NCBI GenBank assembly: GCA_039621445.1
Contig: CP154954.1
Location: 25,432,954-25,496,953 of the forward strand
Source of the DNA: Euglena gracilis
Lineage: Eukaryota
Length of the DNA stretch: 64,000 nucleotides
Direction of reading: 5' to 3'
Positions 12,040-26,338 of the stretch are shown piece by piece (the first letter of the stretch is position 1; the number at the start of each line of letters is the position of its first letter). The notes under the pieces are model-generated. The model was not told the origin of the DNA, did no database searches, and saw nothing but the letters and a program-made list of their open reading frames with translations. The position numbers and the translations under genes are program-made.

Positions 12040-13510
12040 TGAGATGTCGACGGCATTTTGGAGGGTTTTTCCTGTCATTTTCAGGAGTGGGATCAGGACA
12101 ACTTCTAGTAAGACGGGAGTCGCTGAGTTCTTACCCCTTTATGGGAAAGAGCGAAGTTTACCCCTGGGCAAAAGGGGGGGTTTGACCCCCCCCCGGGTAG
12201 ACTGTGAAAACCGCGGATTATCACCACTTACCCCGGCCCGGCTCCCGTAATTTTTTTTCAGGCGTGAGCGACTGGATTTCTAGTTTCCAAATCACCTCCG
12301 TTTGACCCCCAACTGCCCGCCAGGCCCAAGTTATTCACCTGCCATTTTGCCAGGGTCCAAAAATCGGTCAAAAAATTGTTCTTTCGAAAATATCTCGAGA
12401 AAACGTTTATTTCCGGAAGTGTCGGTCTGACGAAATGCACCCCTATCGCCCTCTATCGCCCCCCGTTCACCGTTTTGGCCGCCGCCGGCACGCTTTTATG
12501 GCCCAAAACGGCCATTTTGGGGTGTTTTGGGGGGGCTTTTTTTGGGGACAAAAGATCGATTTTTCCAAAATATCTCGACAATGAAGCAAAATCAAAAAAA
12601 ATGTCCGGAGAGCAAAAATAAAGTCTTTGGAATTTACTTTTCCCCCAACCCTTCGTGCAGCCCGAGATACGGCCATTTTTCGGCCAATTTCGCCCCAATT
12701 TTGGGGCCATGTTGGGCTGTTTTCAGGGTCAAAATATCTATATAATAAAATAAGTATAATAAAAAAGATTATTCAAAATATCTCGGAAATGAAGCAAAAT
12801 CAAAGGAAATGCCCGGAGACCTAATTTGAAGCCCTTGGAACGCCCTATCTACTGGTATTTTGATTTCCCCACAACTCCTCGCCCAGCCCGAAATATGGTC
12901 CATTCGTGGCCTAAAACACCGCAGCGCGGCAGGCTTGCGACTTGGCCGTTTTCGGCTGCTTTTGGGGTCAAAAAATCAATTTTTCTAAAATTGCTCGAAA
13001 ATGGTGGGGAATTAAAGGAAATGTCCCGAGACCCAAATTGGAGTCCTTAAAATTCCCTGTCTAACAGTATTTTCATTTCTCCGCAACTCCCCGCCTGGCC
13101 CCAGTTACGACCATTTTTCGGCCACATTTTGTACAGTTTTGGCTTGTTTTGATTTGACCATTTTCGAGCATTTTTGGTCAAAAAAAGTCAAAAGAATCGG
13201 AAAAATTTTTGCTCGAAAACGTGTTTTTTGGCCTCCGGGACCCGGAAAAACCGTTTTTCGAGCCGAAAATGAGCGTTTTTCGACCCGCCAGCGCCCCATT
13301 TGGCCTGAAACCCATCGAATTTGTATTAAAACGGGTCAAAAAGTCGAAAAAAATCGAAAAATATTTTTGCTTGAAACGATCTTCTTTGGCCTCGCGGACG
13401 CGGAAAAACTGCTTTTGAGCCGAAAATGAGCGCCAAAACGTACCAAAAATTGCTTCCCATAACCCCCCCTCTGCCTCGCGTCCCAGCCACGTTTTCAGTG
13501 AAAAACCACG
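12040..13510. repeat. Long non-coding, TE-like AT-rich segment with degenerate internal repeats
   Basis: Recurrent aaaatatctcg, aatgaagcaaaatcaaa, gggtcaaaa and gagccgaaaatgagcg motifs. Termini not defined. Confidence 0.45.
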
Positions 13511-14203
13511 CAAGGCAAAGAGCTCAGCACTATTCAAAACCTGGTTGGGGTTAGGGTTAGATCGAATTTAAGGAATTGGCCGTATTCGTGCCCAAATTCA
13601 GGCTAAAATTAAGCTTGGTCTTAAACTTGGGCCTGATTTTTTTGTTAGCCCTGACCCCATACCTGACAATTAACGGAACCCTGATCCTATACTGGGAGCT
13701 GGCATAACGTATTGCGCATTTCTGTGGGACATCTCCAGCAAGGATATTGAAGATGCAGGCAATTGGCTTCAGGTCTATTTCTCAAATGGGAGGCCCAACT
13801 ACCCCCCCCCCAGTTTAACTACTGCCCCCTGGGGAGCATGGGGGGGTAGTAGTTAAAAACTGCCAACCAAGCAAAATAGGCAGCCAAGGTAAGTTAAAAA
13901 AAATCCCCACGGGCAGATTCCGAAGTCAGGGCTGCAGAATTTTTTAATTTAATTTGAATAATAAAATTTAAATATTCTTTGTGACACAGTTGACTTCTGT
14001 TTCTGAAGTGACAAATTCCTTTCTTTGGCCGCTGCCGCAAGAATTGATCTTACGGCCAATATTTTTGAAACGATTTTTTAGCGATTTCATCGATTGAACC
14101 CTCCCAAGGTAAGGCCGCTTTGAAAATTGCAGGCGGAATCCCCGAGGAATCGCTTTGGTTTCTTCCTTTTCTAGTGGTGTGTGTGTTCTGTGTTTTGTGT
14201 TGT

Positions 14204-14510
<307 letters not shown>

Positions 14511-14991
14511 TGCAGCCTGCTCTGAGCCGTACAGGCAGCTTGGCAGTCGCTGTGAACCCTTTAGAAAACAGCCCGCCCCAGCCCCGGGGGGTTCTGCGGC
14601 GGGTGGCTGTCTTTGGAAACGGTATCGCACCCCCCCCCAGGTTTTCCTGCACCAATTTCAAGGGAAGTTACGAAGCCCCCGTGCACGTTACGGTGCCGCT
14701 GCAGCGGAGTGGGGACTTGCGCCGCCGCCACCACCGCCAGCCACCTCCTGCCACGACGACCCAACCCCTTTCCACTCGCTCCTACAGGACAGGGCGGCTG
14801 CCCAGCTGCCCTACCAGTGCCAGCAAAGGCCCGGCAAGGACGTCTCAGGAGAGTTGGATGACCAGGCCCAGATGCAGCTGTGAGGTAAAAGGACCGAAAA
14901 CAAGAATGCTGGGGGGGGAAGCTGTATGCAAGTGCGCATATCAAACCCACCGCGGGTAGGCAGATGTGGGGGGGGGGGCACATATGTGGGC

Positions 14992-15275
14992 TGTATGTAT
15001 GCATGTATGTACGCATGCATGTGTGGATGTATGTATGTCTGTCTGTCTGTCTGTCTGTCTGTATGTATGTATGTATGTATGTATGTATGTATGTATGTAT
15101 GTATGTATGTATGTATGTATGTATGCATGTATGCATGTATGTCTGTATGCATGCATGCGTGCATGTATGTAGGCATGCATGTATGTATGTGTGTCTGTAT
15201 GTATGTATGCATGCATGTATGTATGTATGTATGTATGTATGTATGTATGTATGTATGTATGTATGTATGTACGCA
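14992..15275. repeat. (TATG)n compound microsatellite with TCTG/CATG variants
   Basis: Direct reading. Confidence 0.97.
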
Positions 15276-15480
15276 TGTGTGCGGTGCTTGAATGAGTGTG
15301 TTTTTTTCTGGTAACTGGGCTACTGTTTGCACACTGCCCGTACCCCATCCTCCCCTGAGGTGCATTGCCTCATCCCTGGCCTATATCGCTGGATGCAGTC
15401 AAGCCAGCGTCGCAGGCACACTTGTCATGCCAAACAAGGTTTGATTTATATATTTGGTGAAAAGCAATGTAACTCTGGAC

Positions 15481-16295
15481 CAAGCACCTCTGATGATGCT
15501 GGGCGATGCTGGGATATGCAGGGCGATGCTGGGCGATGCTGGCATTTTTTTGTATATTTTGGAGAATTGACGGATGCCGATGGAAAACACACTCGACTGG
15601 TCGGATACAGCCACATTTTGCCGTGTTTTTCTTTGGTTGTTGCTGGTTTAACGTTTAAACACTTACACTCGCCACAGATCCAGCCTGGTCTGGGCGGGGT
15701 GTTGGGTCGACACCCCGTTGCTGTTGAAGGGGTGCCACCCTCCACCCTCCAGCTCAACAACTGTTTTGGATTTTGTTTGTCTGACCGGTAAGAAGCTTGC
15801 AACTTGCACTCGATGTTGCCATCTCACAGGCCTGCACCACATCCTGTGCCCAAAAAGCAGCAACAATGGCCAAAAGTGGGCAAAAAGTTGCAAACGTGGG
15901 TAAAAGTGGTTGAAAGGCAACAAAAGTTGTCAGAAGTGGTCAATAAGCAGGCAAAAGGGGCCAAAAGTGGGCAAAAAGCAGCAAAAGTGGTCAAAAAGTG
16001 GTCAAAAAGTAGGCAAACGTGGGGTAAAAGTGGTCAGAAAGCAGCAAAAGTGGTATAAAAAAAAAGTGGGCAAAAGTGGGCAAACGTGGTCAAAAAGCAG
16101 CAAAAGTGGGCAAAAGTGGTCAAAAAGCGGTCAAAGTGGGCAAAAATCAGCCAAAGATGGCCAAAAGTAGCCAAAAGTGGGCTAGAGCGGCAAAAGCAGC
16201 AGGCATTATAGATACACCTTCAAGGGCTCCAAAGGCGATGCTGGGCGATGCTGGGCGATGCTGGGTCCATGGGCATGGCTGACCAGAGGTGCTTG
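15481..16295. mobile_element. hAT-like non-autonomous element (GCGATGCTGG / CAAAAGTGG family)
   Basis: Perfect 12-bp TIR CAAGCACCTCTG / CAGAGGTGCTTG and perfect 8-bp TSD CTCTGGAC (15473-80, 16296-303). Subterminal gcgatgctgg 10-mers and an internal caaaagtgg array. Confidence 0.9.
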
Positions 16296-17370
16296 CTCTG
16301 GACCGAGTTTGTGCTACTGATGGACCATCCGAAATACCAAAGATTGCGTGCACATTGCAGAAGGTGCACAGATTACGGGACCTTGGCTAGCCTGTCCAAC
16401 AAAAATCATTCAAACACCCGTTTTCTGTCATAATTTTGTGGGTTTCGCAGTTCTTTTATTCCGTGTATTGTTCCCAGCCAGGCGTCAGTCATTGGAATGT
16501 TCCACTTTTTAAAGGGCAAAGGGTTGTTCCAGGGTGGTCCCCTGCCAACCCTCCCCTTGACCGTAGGGGTTCAGGACCACCCCCATCTGATTTTATGAAC
16601 AATTTATGCCCTTACCTTGGTGTCCCCTTTGACGTCATGTCAAACCCTGCTCCCGGGCCACAATTCCTCACTGTCTGTGGCTGAGGGGGCGTGTCCCTGC
16701 ATCTGCCTGTCAACCCAGAGGTGATGTGCCTGTCTCTCAACCCCTGTTATTGCCCTGGTGCCATGCTATGCCCCCGCGTGCCCCAGGCTCGGTTCCATCA
16801 AAGTTCATTCATATGTGGCCACCGACTTGTGGAACATTTTCCTCGCAACTGCTACACGTAATTTATAAGTGCTGGCTGGACACACAAGTCCACCAACAAT
16901 TATTTGCCTCGAATTCATGTCAAGTTTCTGCTTTTTTTAATTTCAAAAATTGCAAATATGGCCATGGTGAATTTCCGGTCAGAAATTTTGGTGCACAAGG
17001 AATTCTGCTTTGTGTGGTGCTGTGGTGGGTTGCGGGTCGAACCCAGGCTTCGATATAAGGTGGACAGGGTACAGGTATGGAGGTGCCCCCCCCTACTGGA
17101 CCGGAGGGGGGTTCCTAATTTTAAAGGTTTGAGAAAATTTGCTTAAAATATAGTTCCTGGACTGGACCCCCAAAGCAGTCCAGAATTAAAATGAAGAGCG
17201 GTGAAATGACGAAGGAAAATGTTATCCCCTCCGGCCTGGGCCAGAACTGCAGGTAAGGCCAGCCTTGGGGTGGGGTTTGCATGTTAAGAAGTTCGGCAGA
17301 CCAAACGCAAAATAGGTCTACTCTGGGGCCAAGGGGACATTTTTATGTAAGGAGGCGGGGGGCCAGGCGG

Positions 17371-17478
17371 CACATACATACATACATACATACATACATA
17401 CATACATACATACATACATACATACATACATACATACATACATACATACATACATACATACATACATACATACATACA

Positions 17479-17512
<34 letters not shown>

Positions 17513-17975
17513 CATACATATACATACATACATACACATACATACATACATACATACATACATACATACATACATACATACATACATACATACATACATA
17601 CATACATACATACATACATACATACATACATACATACATACATGCATGCATGCATGCATGCATGCATGCACGCATGCATGCATGCATGCATGCATGCATA
17701 CATACATACATACATACATACATACATACATACATACATACATACATACATACATACATACATACATGCATGCATGCATGCAGACATGCATACATACATA
17801 TATACATACATACATACATACATACATACATACATACATGCATACATACATACATCCATACATACATACATACATACACGCATGCATACATGCATGCATG
17901 CATACATACATACATACATACATACATACATACATACATACATACATACATACATACATACATACATACACACAT
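17371..17975. repeat. (CATA)n microsatellite with (CATG)n cores
   Basis: Direct reading, ~600 bp. Confidence 0.97.
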
Positions 17976-20900
17976 TCCTGCATACATTGATTTTTTTTCG
18001 CAATTCTAGCATCTATCGCCTGCTCAATTTCGGACCCAGGAAGCACATTGTTTCTAAATAAAACCTCCCTTGGATGCCCTTGGATGGTGGCTCCTCTAAT
18101 TTTTTTGGAAAGGTTTGGTGGGTGAAAGTGAATGGGACGGCAGTTTTTGGGTCGTTTCGTCTCATTTTTGTTTCTTGCAATTTTGTCAAGGTTGTGCTTG
18201 CTGTATGGGTTGGAATTGATTCCTATTGCTGTAAATACAGTTTTGATGGGGACAGATCTATCAAAGAGGCTCGTTTGTCGACAATGTGAATTCATTTCCT
18301 GGCTGGATTGGCACGCGTGTCCCAACTTGCACTGTTTATGTCCTGTGCAACCTTCCCCCTCGCGCATCGGGTTCATGGGTGTGGCCCCTATTTCCCTAAT
18401 CCCCCAGGTTTTGGGAGTCACTACCCCCCCAAAGGTTTCCACCTGGGTGAAATGCACCTGTTTTTCAGGCGATTTTTTTCTCGGTGGCTCACTGTCCCCT
18501 TAATTGGGCTGTTGTAGCCAACATGGCGTCCTAAAGCGTCCCCAAAGGCTGTTGGATTGCCCGGACCAATGAAATGGGTGGGCAGGAGATTTCTTAAGCT
18601 GGAGGGGACCCCATCCCCGGGGGGTTGAGTGAAATAAAGTTGGGTCCAGCCCGGCCGGAGGCCGGGCCAGCTGGCCGATGGCCCGGACCAGCCAACTGGG
18701 CTGCCAGCTCACCTATCCCTGCATTTTTTTCCCTCATCACAGATTCCTCCATCACAGCCCCCCAACCTTGATTTAGCTCCATCCATCAAATTTTCGAGAA
18801 GGCAAAAATGTTTTTAGAAAATTTTGTTTTTCATCGACCCAGCCCAGCCCACCCCTCCAGCCCCAGACCCCCCCCTATCCCCCGGGGGGGTCCAGCCAGC
18901 AGCTCGTAGCCAGCCAACAGCCTTTTTGTCAGCCCGAGGCTGGACCCCCCCGGGGGGGGGGAGTCCTTAAGAAAGCCCCTGTTTGCGGGGGGATAAAAAT
19001 TTCGGGGGGGAATGGACAATTGCAGTTTTCCCACAATTTCCACATTTTTCTGCATCCTCGATGCTCGGTTTTTTCTCTTTCCGAAACTTTTTTCGCATCA
19101 ACCTGAGATGGCAGACGAGATGAGTTCCAGTCGTTCCTTGAACATTTCACAATAGAATTCAGGTTATTTTTGCCACTCTCTCGCAAGATCTGCCAAAATT
19201 CTCGGCGGGCAATTTCTTGGCATCTATTAGGTATTTCCCTGATTTCTGCTGGGAAATAATTTCTATTTAAAATTTTTTCGCATCCTGGACCAGATTTTTA
19301 TCTGGGGTCAAATTTTTCGTCAATTTTTTTGCCGTTTCCGTTTTTTTATTTTACCCAGCAAATTCCATCTTTTTAAAGTCAGTGTGTCCCCAAAAATAAC
19401 AAAAATTGTGTTTTTAATATTTTTATGTTGTAAAAAATTAATAACAGCTCAAAACATACACCAATGCTCAAAATGACAAAAATTGTGAAACTTTTTTTCA
19501 AGTTCCTTCTGGCAGAAGTGTGCATATTCCCAATATTGCCATTTCCACAATTTTCCTGCCATTTTCTGCAACTTTTTTCCCCGAAGGCCATCAATTTCAG
19601 TCCCCCCCCCCTTGTTCTGCAGTGCACTAGAAACACCCCCACCTTGGGGGTATGACTGATTTGCTTCATGGGCTGCGAGTCAGGATCCGATTAAAAAGAA
19701 GGCCTCCCCCCTGCCCGAGAGTGTTGGCAGCCAGGGGGAAACTGTCATTTTTTCAAACTCCAGGGGGGTGTTGGCGGTGGTGCTGTTGCAGAAACCCTGG
19801 CATCAAGGCCGCCAGGGTCTGGTCATTGTAAGTTTTTTACCCCTGGGTCAGGCCCAATGCCGGCCTTTGGGAGGTGTCTGCTACCTACCCACGCCTGGCT
19901 CATTGCCCCCCCCCCCCCCCCCCCCCCTCCCCCCCCCCCCCCCCCGCCCCGGTTGTTGTGGTGAGCGTGACCCCCAGCCAGCACTTGCTGAAATGACCCA
20001 AAATGGCCTGAAATGATTTTTGACCCCCTGTAGGGGGGGGGTCCTTAATAATGACTTTGAATGGCCTGAAATTCCTAAAATGGTCCAGAATGGGAGACAT
20101 TCTGCTGCACAACATTTTTTCTGTGAGCAACGGGAGTCATTGGGGGTCGTTCGGGTGGAGATTTCAGTTCGGTGTCTTTTATGGATGTGGGCAGCAAACG
20201 GCGGAGTTGGCGGACGATGGCGGAGGAGCAAGCACAGTCCCACAGGGCCCATTTCTGATCCCAAATAACAATTACATCCCCAAATCCACAGTCCCCAGCC
20301 ATCTCAGCCGCCTCCCAGCCCACAAACCAGCCCCTCTGACAAATGAACAAAACACATTCAACGCCCACTTGTGTGAGCAGGCTTGTGCTCAGTCGGGTGC
20401 TTACCCACGGGGGGGGGGGGGCTAGGGGCAGGCACCCCATAGCACCCCATCCGACCCCCCCCCCTCCGACCCCGGTGCCAAAGGCGCCGGGGGCCCGGAA
20501 AAGGCCATTTTCAATGAAAAGTTTTCTGGGACCCCCCAAACCCCTACCCCGGGGGGGGGGTGCCTGCTAGGGGCAGGCACCGTATAGCACCCACCCACCC
20601 CCCTCCCCCCGGTCGGTGAGCACAAGCATGTGTGTGAGGATACTTGCCTTTGTGATGCCCAATTTAATCCAATGCACTTTTTTTCTGATCAGAAACAATG
20701 CAACCAGGCAAAAAGGCCTAATATGGCCTAACATGGATTAAAATGGCTTAAAATGGCCCAAAGTGTCCTAAAGTGAGATAATTTTGTGGCTTGAAAATTT
20801 TTCATGATGAATCAAAATGTTATTGATATGTTTACAACTTCAAACACCTGAAACGATTTTTTGACCTACTGAAGATGTTAACCAGTGTCAAACAGCTTGA

Positions 20901-22301
20901 ATGGCGCAAATGGCAGATTGCAAGGTTGCGTTTTTTTGGTATGGTGGGGATCTGATGTTCTTTGGCAGTAAACTTCTCCAGCAAGAACCTAAAACCGAAG
21001 CACCTGGAACTACATTTTTACAATTGAGATTTTTTTTCAAGGGAATTATTTCCTTCCCATATACTTTTTTTCAAAATCAACAGTTTCCCATGATTATCCC
21101 GTAATATTTCTCCCATAATTTTCCCGTAATTTTCGTCCCCGTAATTTTAGTCCGCACCGCAAGTGATGAATTTGCACACGTTATGATGCAGTTTTTTTGG
21201 GACAAAAACGACCCAGAATTATGATTTTAGAACCTCCACGTATGGGTTAAAATGCCCTGAGATGGCTTTAAGTAGCCTGGGGTGGGCCATTTACGGACAT
21301 TTTAGGCCATTTTAACCTATCGGACCTAAATGGGCCTAAAACGGGGCAAAATATTGGGGCAAAATGTTGGGCCTGACTATAGGCTTGCCCTCGACCTGTT
21401 GGGGACAACACGCGGTGCAGTGCGCAATTTTTTTTGAAGAAATGGTCAAAGTCCATTAATTTCGGTCTTTTGGTCCTTATAGCTTGAGAAACCGATACCC
21501 CATGGTGGGCGGGCCCCGGCTTCTTTCTAAGTCAGAAGACCCTTGGGGGGTGGGTGGATCCGGGGCCGGACCCCCCCCCCCGGGGGAGTCACACGCTGGG
21601 GGCCCAGGTATGGGTTTCGGCAAATTTTTTTTGAGAAATGCCCCCAGACGGCCCGCTTTTTGCCCCCCCCCCCCCGGACGGTCCCGCTCCGGGCTGGAGG
21701 GAGCTGTGGCGGGACCCGGGGAGTCCGCTGTTCATCTCCGTTTTCGAGAAACCAATCAAAAAACCAAAACAGAAAACCAGTCATTTCTGGTCGCCTGCCC
21801 CGCCCCGGCTTCTTTTTAAGACCCTTCATCTTTTTATTTTTTTGGAAGAAGGGCCATACACTGAACCGGTCCCCTCGCCAGGCACACGGCGTGGCAGGCG
21901 TGCCTCGCTTCCTGCCTGGGGTGTGTGTCTCCCCTGCCCACCCCACGTGGAGCTTTATGGCTGTGGCGCTTTTCCGTCTCTGCTGGGCTGCACTGACAGC
22001 AGCAACCGCCAGACATCCGCAGGCTCCGAAGGCTCCCCTCTTGCCTCTTTGCAACAGAAAACCATGGGGGGGGCAGTGTGGCTCAACCTCAGCCGACACG
22101 ATGCCCATCCCCCTCTCCTGTTCTTTGCAATGGCCCAACCGGTCTGGCTATTTATATATGAGAGAAAAGAAGGGAGATTGCTCGTCTGCACCGACCGATT
22201 TTTTTGCTGAAGCACGTGTGCTTATGCCGACCATCCCACTGCCTTCTTCGAATAAAAATCGAAAAGAAAAAGAAACTACAGATGTTCGCAAGACAATGAC
22301 G

Positions 22302-22395
22302 ATATGATGATGATGATGACGACGACGACCACGACGACGACGATGATGATGGTCGTGATGATGGTGAGGTTGATGATGGTGATGACGGCGATCGC
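22302..22395. repeat. (GAT)/(GAC) degenerate trinucleotide tract
   Basis: Direct reading. Confidence 0.8.
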
Positions 22396-22598
22396 AGAGG
22401 TCGTGGTGATGCAATGATCTTCTGAACTGCATTTGCGTAGCTGTTTTTGCAGGTATTGCAAAAAAGGGGCGCCCCCCATTAGACTTGGTGGGAGGGGGGG
22501 TGGGGGTGTGGGGGGGGGGGGTGGGGGTGGTAAACCCGGAAAAAAAATTCCTGTTCGTTTTTGCATTTTCAGGATCACTATGAAATGTACTTTTTATA

Positions 22599-23270
22599 TT
22601 GGGGATGCTTCCGCACCGCATGCACCGCGTGCACCACGTGCCGCACCGCGTGAGAAGAATCATTTCCAAATGTGCAATTTTCACAGATTTCCCCATTACC
22701 CCATTGGTACCCCAGTACCAGTACCCCAGTACCCCAGTACCAGTACCCCATTGGTAATTGATTTCCATTCTTTTTTTTTTGTCTGGTTTTTTGCAAATCA
22801 GCAACTTTTGGTCATTTTTGGTTATTTTGGACCACTTTTGGCCACCTTTATCCGCTTTGGGCTGCATTTGGCAATTTACCACGTTTGGTTGTTGCTATGA
22901 ATTTTTGGCTCATTTGTACCATGTTTTTGCTGCTTCTGGCCATTTTTGTGCATTTGTGGCTGCTTTATGCTACTTGTCAGTGCTTTTTTTTTTGCCCATG
23001 CCCATTTTGACCACTTTTGGCCATTTTGTGGCCACTTGCACAGATTCAGTGGCCATTGGTCCATACTTAGTGAGATCTGATGGCAAAACCAGGTGATTAG
23101 GACCAAAAACAGCTAAAAATTAACAAACTCACCCAAAATGCTATTTTATTGCAAGCTTGTGATCGATGGGTGGTTTTGCGTGTGTTTTTCTCTCATTCGG
23201 TCATTTGAGGTTGTACCTGATCCTTGTCACGCGGTGCACCCGGTGCCACACGCGATGCGTAAGCACGCTC
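22599..23270. mobile_element. Old TIR element with gcaccgcgt subterminal repeats and reverse ccacttttg array
   Basis: tggggatgcttccgca...cgcgtgagaag on the left vs cttgtcacgcg...tgcgtaagcacgctca on the right (imperfect inverted). Confidence 0.5.
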
Positions 23271-23490
23271 ATTGGGGTCATTTGTGGAGTCGAAAGTAAA
23301 GGCAGAAAAATTCTTTTCACAAGAAATGTCCGAAAATGGCTTTTTGACTGTTTTTGGGGGGAAGAAAGGGGCTGGGTTGGCAGCCCCCCTGAGCCAATTT
23401 TTTGCACCCCCCCCCCCCTCAAGCCCAATGAACGCCCTTGCCCGATGAACAGGGGCTGTTCGGACCGTCTAGATTGTCACCATATATTTT

Positions 23491-23937
23491 ATCAAACCCC
23501 CCCCAAAATAGGACCCCCCCAAAAATAACCCCCCCCCCCCCCCCTGGGCCGATCGAGCAAAAATCCAAATTAAGACCCCAAAAAAATAAGACCCCCCCCG
23601 CTGACGGTACGAAGCGCCGGGGACAGTAAAAATTTTCCCTGAAAAATTACTAAAAACCTCAATTTCACACACAACAATGATGAAATTTCAAAAAAAATCT
23701 GATTTTTAGGGTGCAAAAAAAAAAACGTGCTAAATGTCCACTTACTCCAATACACATGGTGCAAAGTGCCAAAGGAAAATCCTTGATGCTTTTGGGAACC
23801 TGAAAAGGGGTCTTTTTTTCAGGCTCAGGTCGGTCAAGAAAAAATCCAAATAAGACCCCCCCAAATAAGACCCCCTTGGAGGTTTCCAGCAACGGACCCA
23901 AAAATAAGAGCCGGGCCTTATTTTGGGGGGGTTTTCA
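23491..23937. mobile_element. MITE of the AACCCCCCAAAATA family
   Basis: aaacccccccaaaatagg ... ccttattttggggggttt inverted ends. Related copies at ~515-830, 5093-5410, 50270-50620, 57089-57685 and 63540+. Confidence 0.75.
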
Positions 23938-24286
23938 CCGAAAGTGTACCCCACATGCCTGATGAACGCCCCCCCCCCCTCCGTTTGGACCGTCTACATT
24001 TGCACACCTTGGTGTTGATTGGGCTTGGGGGGGACCATTTTTCAGGGGGAAACCATCGAAAAATGAAATGTCCTCAAAAACTGGGAAGGCGGTGAGGGGA
24101 GGGGCTCTGGGGGGTGCAGTCCAAGCATTTTCACCCATTGTTTCCATCTCCCAACGGTGAACGAGCATCACGAGCATCAGTGGGGGGGGTGCCATTTGAT
24201 GTTTATTTGGTGTGCATCAAGAAATTTGTGTATTATGAGTATCATCAAAAATAATTAATGATCTGATTTGTGTATCACCTCTGTAT

Positions 24287-25196
24287 TAAACCCCCCCATT
24301 TAAACCGACCCGTCGGTTTACGACTTTTGGGTTGACGGAAATCCTGGAGGGGGTCGGTTTAGACGGGGGGGTCGGTTCCAGGGGGAGCACACGGCTGGCC
24401 GACGGCTGGCCGACGGCGTGACGGAAGCGGGTTGATGTTAGCAAGGCAATTTCAATTGGCAAATGCCTAATTTGGTTGGCCAATTCCTAACTTTGAGCGA
24501 CAAATGCCTAATTCGGGATCTAAATTCTTAATTTTAGGGGCAGATGCTGAATTTTTGGGTGTAATATCCAATTTTTGGTGGCAAATTGTCTAATTTTGGG
24601 TGCAAACTTCTAATTTTAGGTGGTAAATGCCTAATTATATATTTTGGGTGCCAACTCCAAATTTTAGGAGGAAAATGCCCAGTTTGAGGCGCAAACTCCA
24701 ATTTTGGGTCATCAATACTAATTATTCAATGAGCATGGACGCTCTTTCTGTTGATGGCTTCCATTATATTGTGCATGTTAGTCATCCAACTTGCCATGGG
24801 TCGGTTTATTTCTTTTTTTGGTTGAAATTCTGCAATGGGTCCAGGGTTTTTTTTTAGTCTTGGACCCCCTCCCCCGGGGGGGAAGGGGGGGTAGGGTGGG
24901 TGGGTCCCTTGGACCCCCTCCCCCCCGGGGGGGGGGTGGGGGTGGGTATATCTTTTTCAGCGCCAAAGGCGCCGAAATTTTTGAAAAAAGGTTTTATTTT
25001 TAGCATTTTCGGGCAAAAGTGGGTGGGTCCCCCGGGACCCCCCCCCCTCCCCCAGGGGGCCCCGCCCCTGGGGGTGGGTGGGTGGGTGCCGACCCCCTCC
25101 CCCCCTCCCCCCCGGTCTTAAAAAAAACCCCTGAATGGGTCGGTTTGGAAGGGTAGGTCGGTTTGGAAGGGGGGTCGGTTTAAATGGGGGGGTTTA
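24287..25196. mobile_element. TA-flanked MITE (Tc1/mariner-like) with internal ~20-bp minisatellite and a nested hAT MITE
   Basis: TA|aacccccccatttaaaccgaccc ... gggtcggtttaaatgggggggtt|TA. caaatgcctaattttgggtgg-like units at 24460-24710. Confidence 0.85.
24842..25133. mobile_element. hAT-like MITE (292 bp), CAG...CTG termini
   Basis: CAGGGTTTTTTTTTAG ... CTTAAAAAAAACCCCTG, with perfect 8-bp TSD AATGGGTC (24834-41, 25134-41). Confidence 0.92.
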
Positions 25197-25982
25197 CCCA
25201 AAAAATGTTTTGTGTGCCACATGTGCATCACATTTTTTTTGTGAATTATCCGTGTATTCCCAAAAAATGACCAAATAATTCGATTTTTTGGTCAGTTTTT
25301 TTAGTCAAAAAAAAATTCTCTTTTCGTTTTCTTTTGTTATGCTCTCGATCAGGGGTTTATTGAAACAGAGGGGACACTGCCCCCAGGGGGGATCCAGCCA
25401 GAAGCACCTTTTTTCAGGCCAGCAGCTCCCAGCCGGGATACAAACCCTCCCCCCCCACGACCAGGATCCGCTGATGAACTGATGACAGCCAGCCCAACCG
25501 TGTTGAACAGGTAAAGCTTTGTGACAAAAATTTTGAGATCACCTGTGTGTCACCAAAAGAATTTGTGTTTAATTCAAGGAACCAAAACCAGAAAAAATTT
25601 TGTGTATCATATGTGTACCACCCAAAAAATTTTGTGTATCACCGCGAAGTTGTTATACATTTTTTAATGAATGTCTGCGAACGGGGGGAGAATTTGCTGG
25701 TGGGCGCCAATTTTCACAATTCCTCTGGTTTAAGTGTTTGGCTCATCGCTTTCATCGTTTTAGGGTTATTCATCGATGGGTTGAAAAACGACGTGGCAGG
25801 CATTGTTGGCGGGGGGGTCGGATTAGGTGCCTTGGAGCGCGTGTCAGTAGGTACCCTGGAGTGCCTGTGCACCCCCCCCCTGGTGCTTGCCCCCCACAGG
25901 CGCTTGCCCCCCTCCTCCTTACATGCAAACTTGGCCCCCCTAAAGTTGGCCTTCAGCCTTCTGCACATGGCCACCAAAATTT

Positions 25983-26338
25983 TTGCCCGCCCCCCCCCCC
26001 CTTGTCGTACGACCACCCCTCATTAACGACCACCCCACACGTTCCATAGATGATGCCGTTGAATCCAAGTGTCGTGCTTTTCATGCAGGTAATATCTATG
26101 TTCCCCTACCGGTGCCGGTGTTTGGGCAACCTCCATTTTAAGTATTTCTGCTTTTCGCTGTGCTTTGCCGCTGGAGATGTGCCACCCACGAGGTGGTGAA
26201 CACCACCTTCCCTACGACCGCCCCCTCATTTACGACCACCCCCCGGTCGCAGGTTGCAGGTTATGGGGGTGTTACGACCCCCCCCCCTGGTCGCAGGTTG
26301 CAGGAACCCGGTCGTACGACAAAGTGGGGGGCGGGTAA
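25983..26338. mobile_element. GTCGTACGAC-family MITE, TA target
   Basis: TIR cccgccccc...ttgtcgtacgacc / ggtcgtacgacaaagtgggggcggg. It interrupts the host repeat at caaaattct-TA-acatgcaaa; the empty site is visible at ~7829. Confidence 0.85.

Noticed and set aside
19668-19700. Third ATGGGCTGC (MGC) start
   Set aside because: Stop after a few codons, no C-rich acceptor and no downstream homology.
22148-22882. His/Arg-rich 244-aa ORF
   Set aside because: Derives from a GAT/GAC microsatellite and adjacent repeats.
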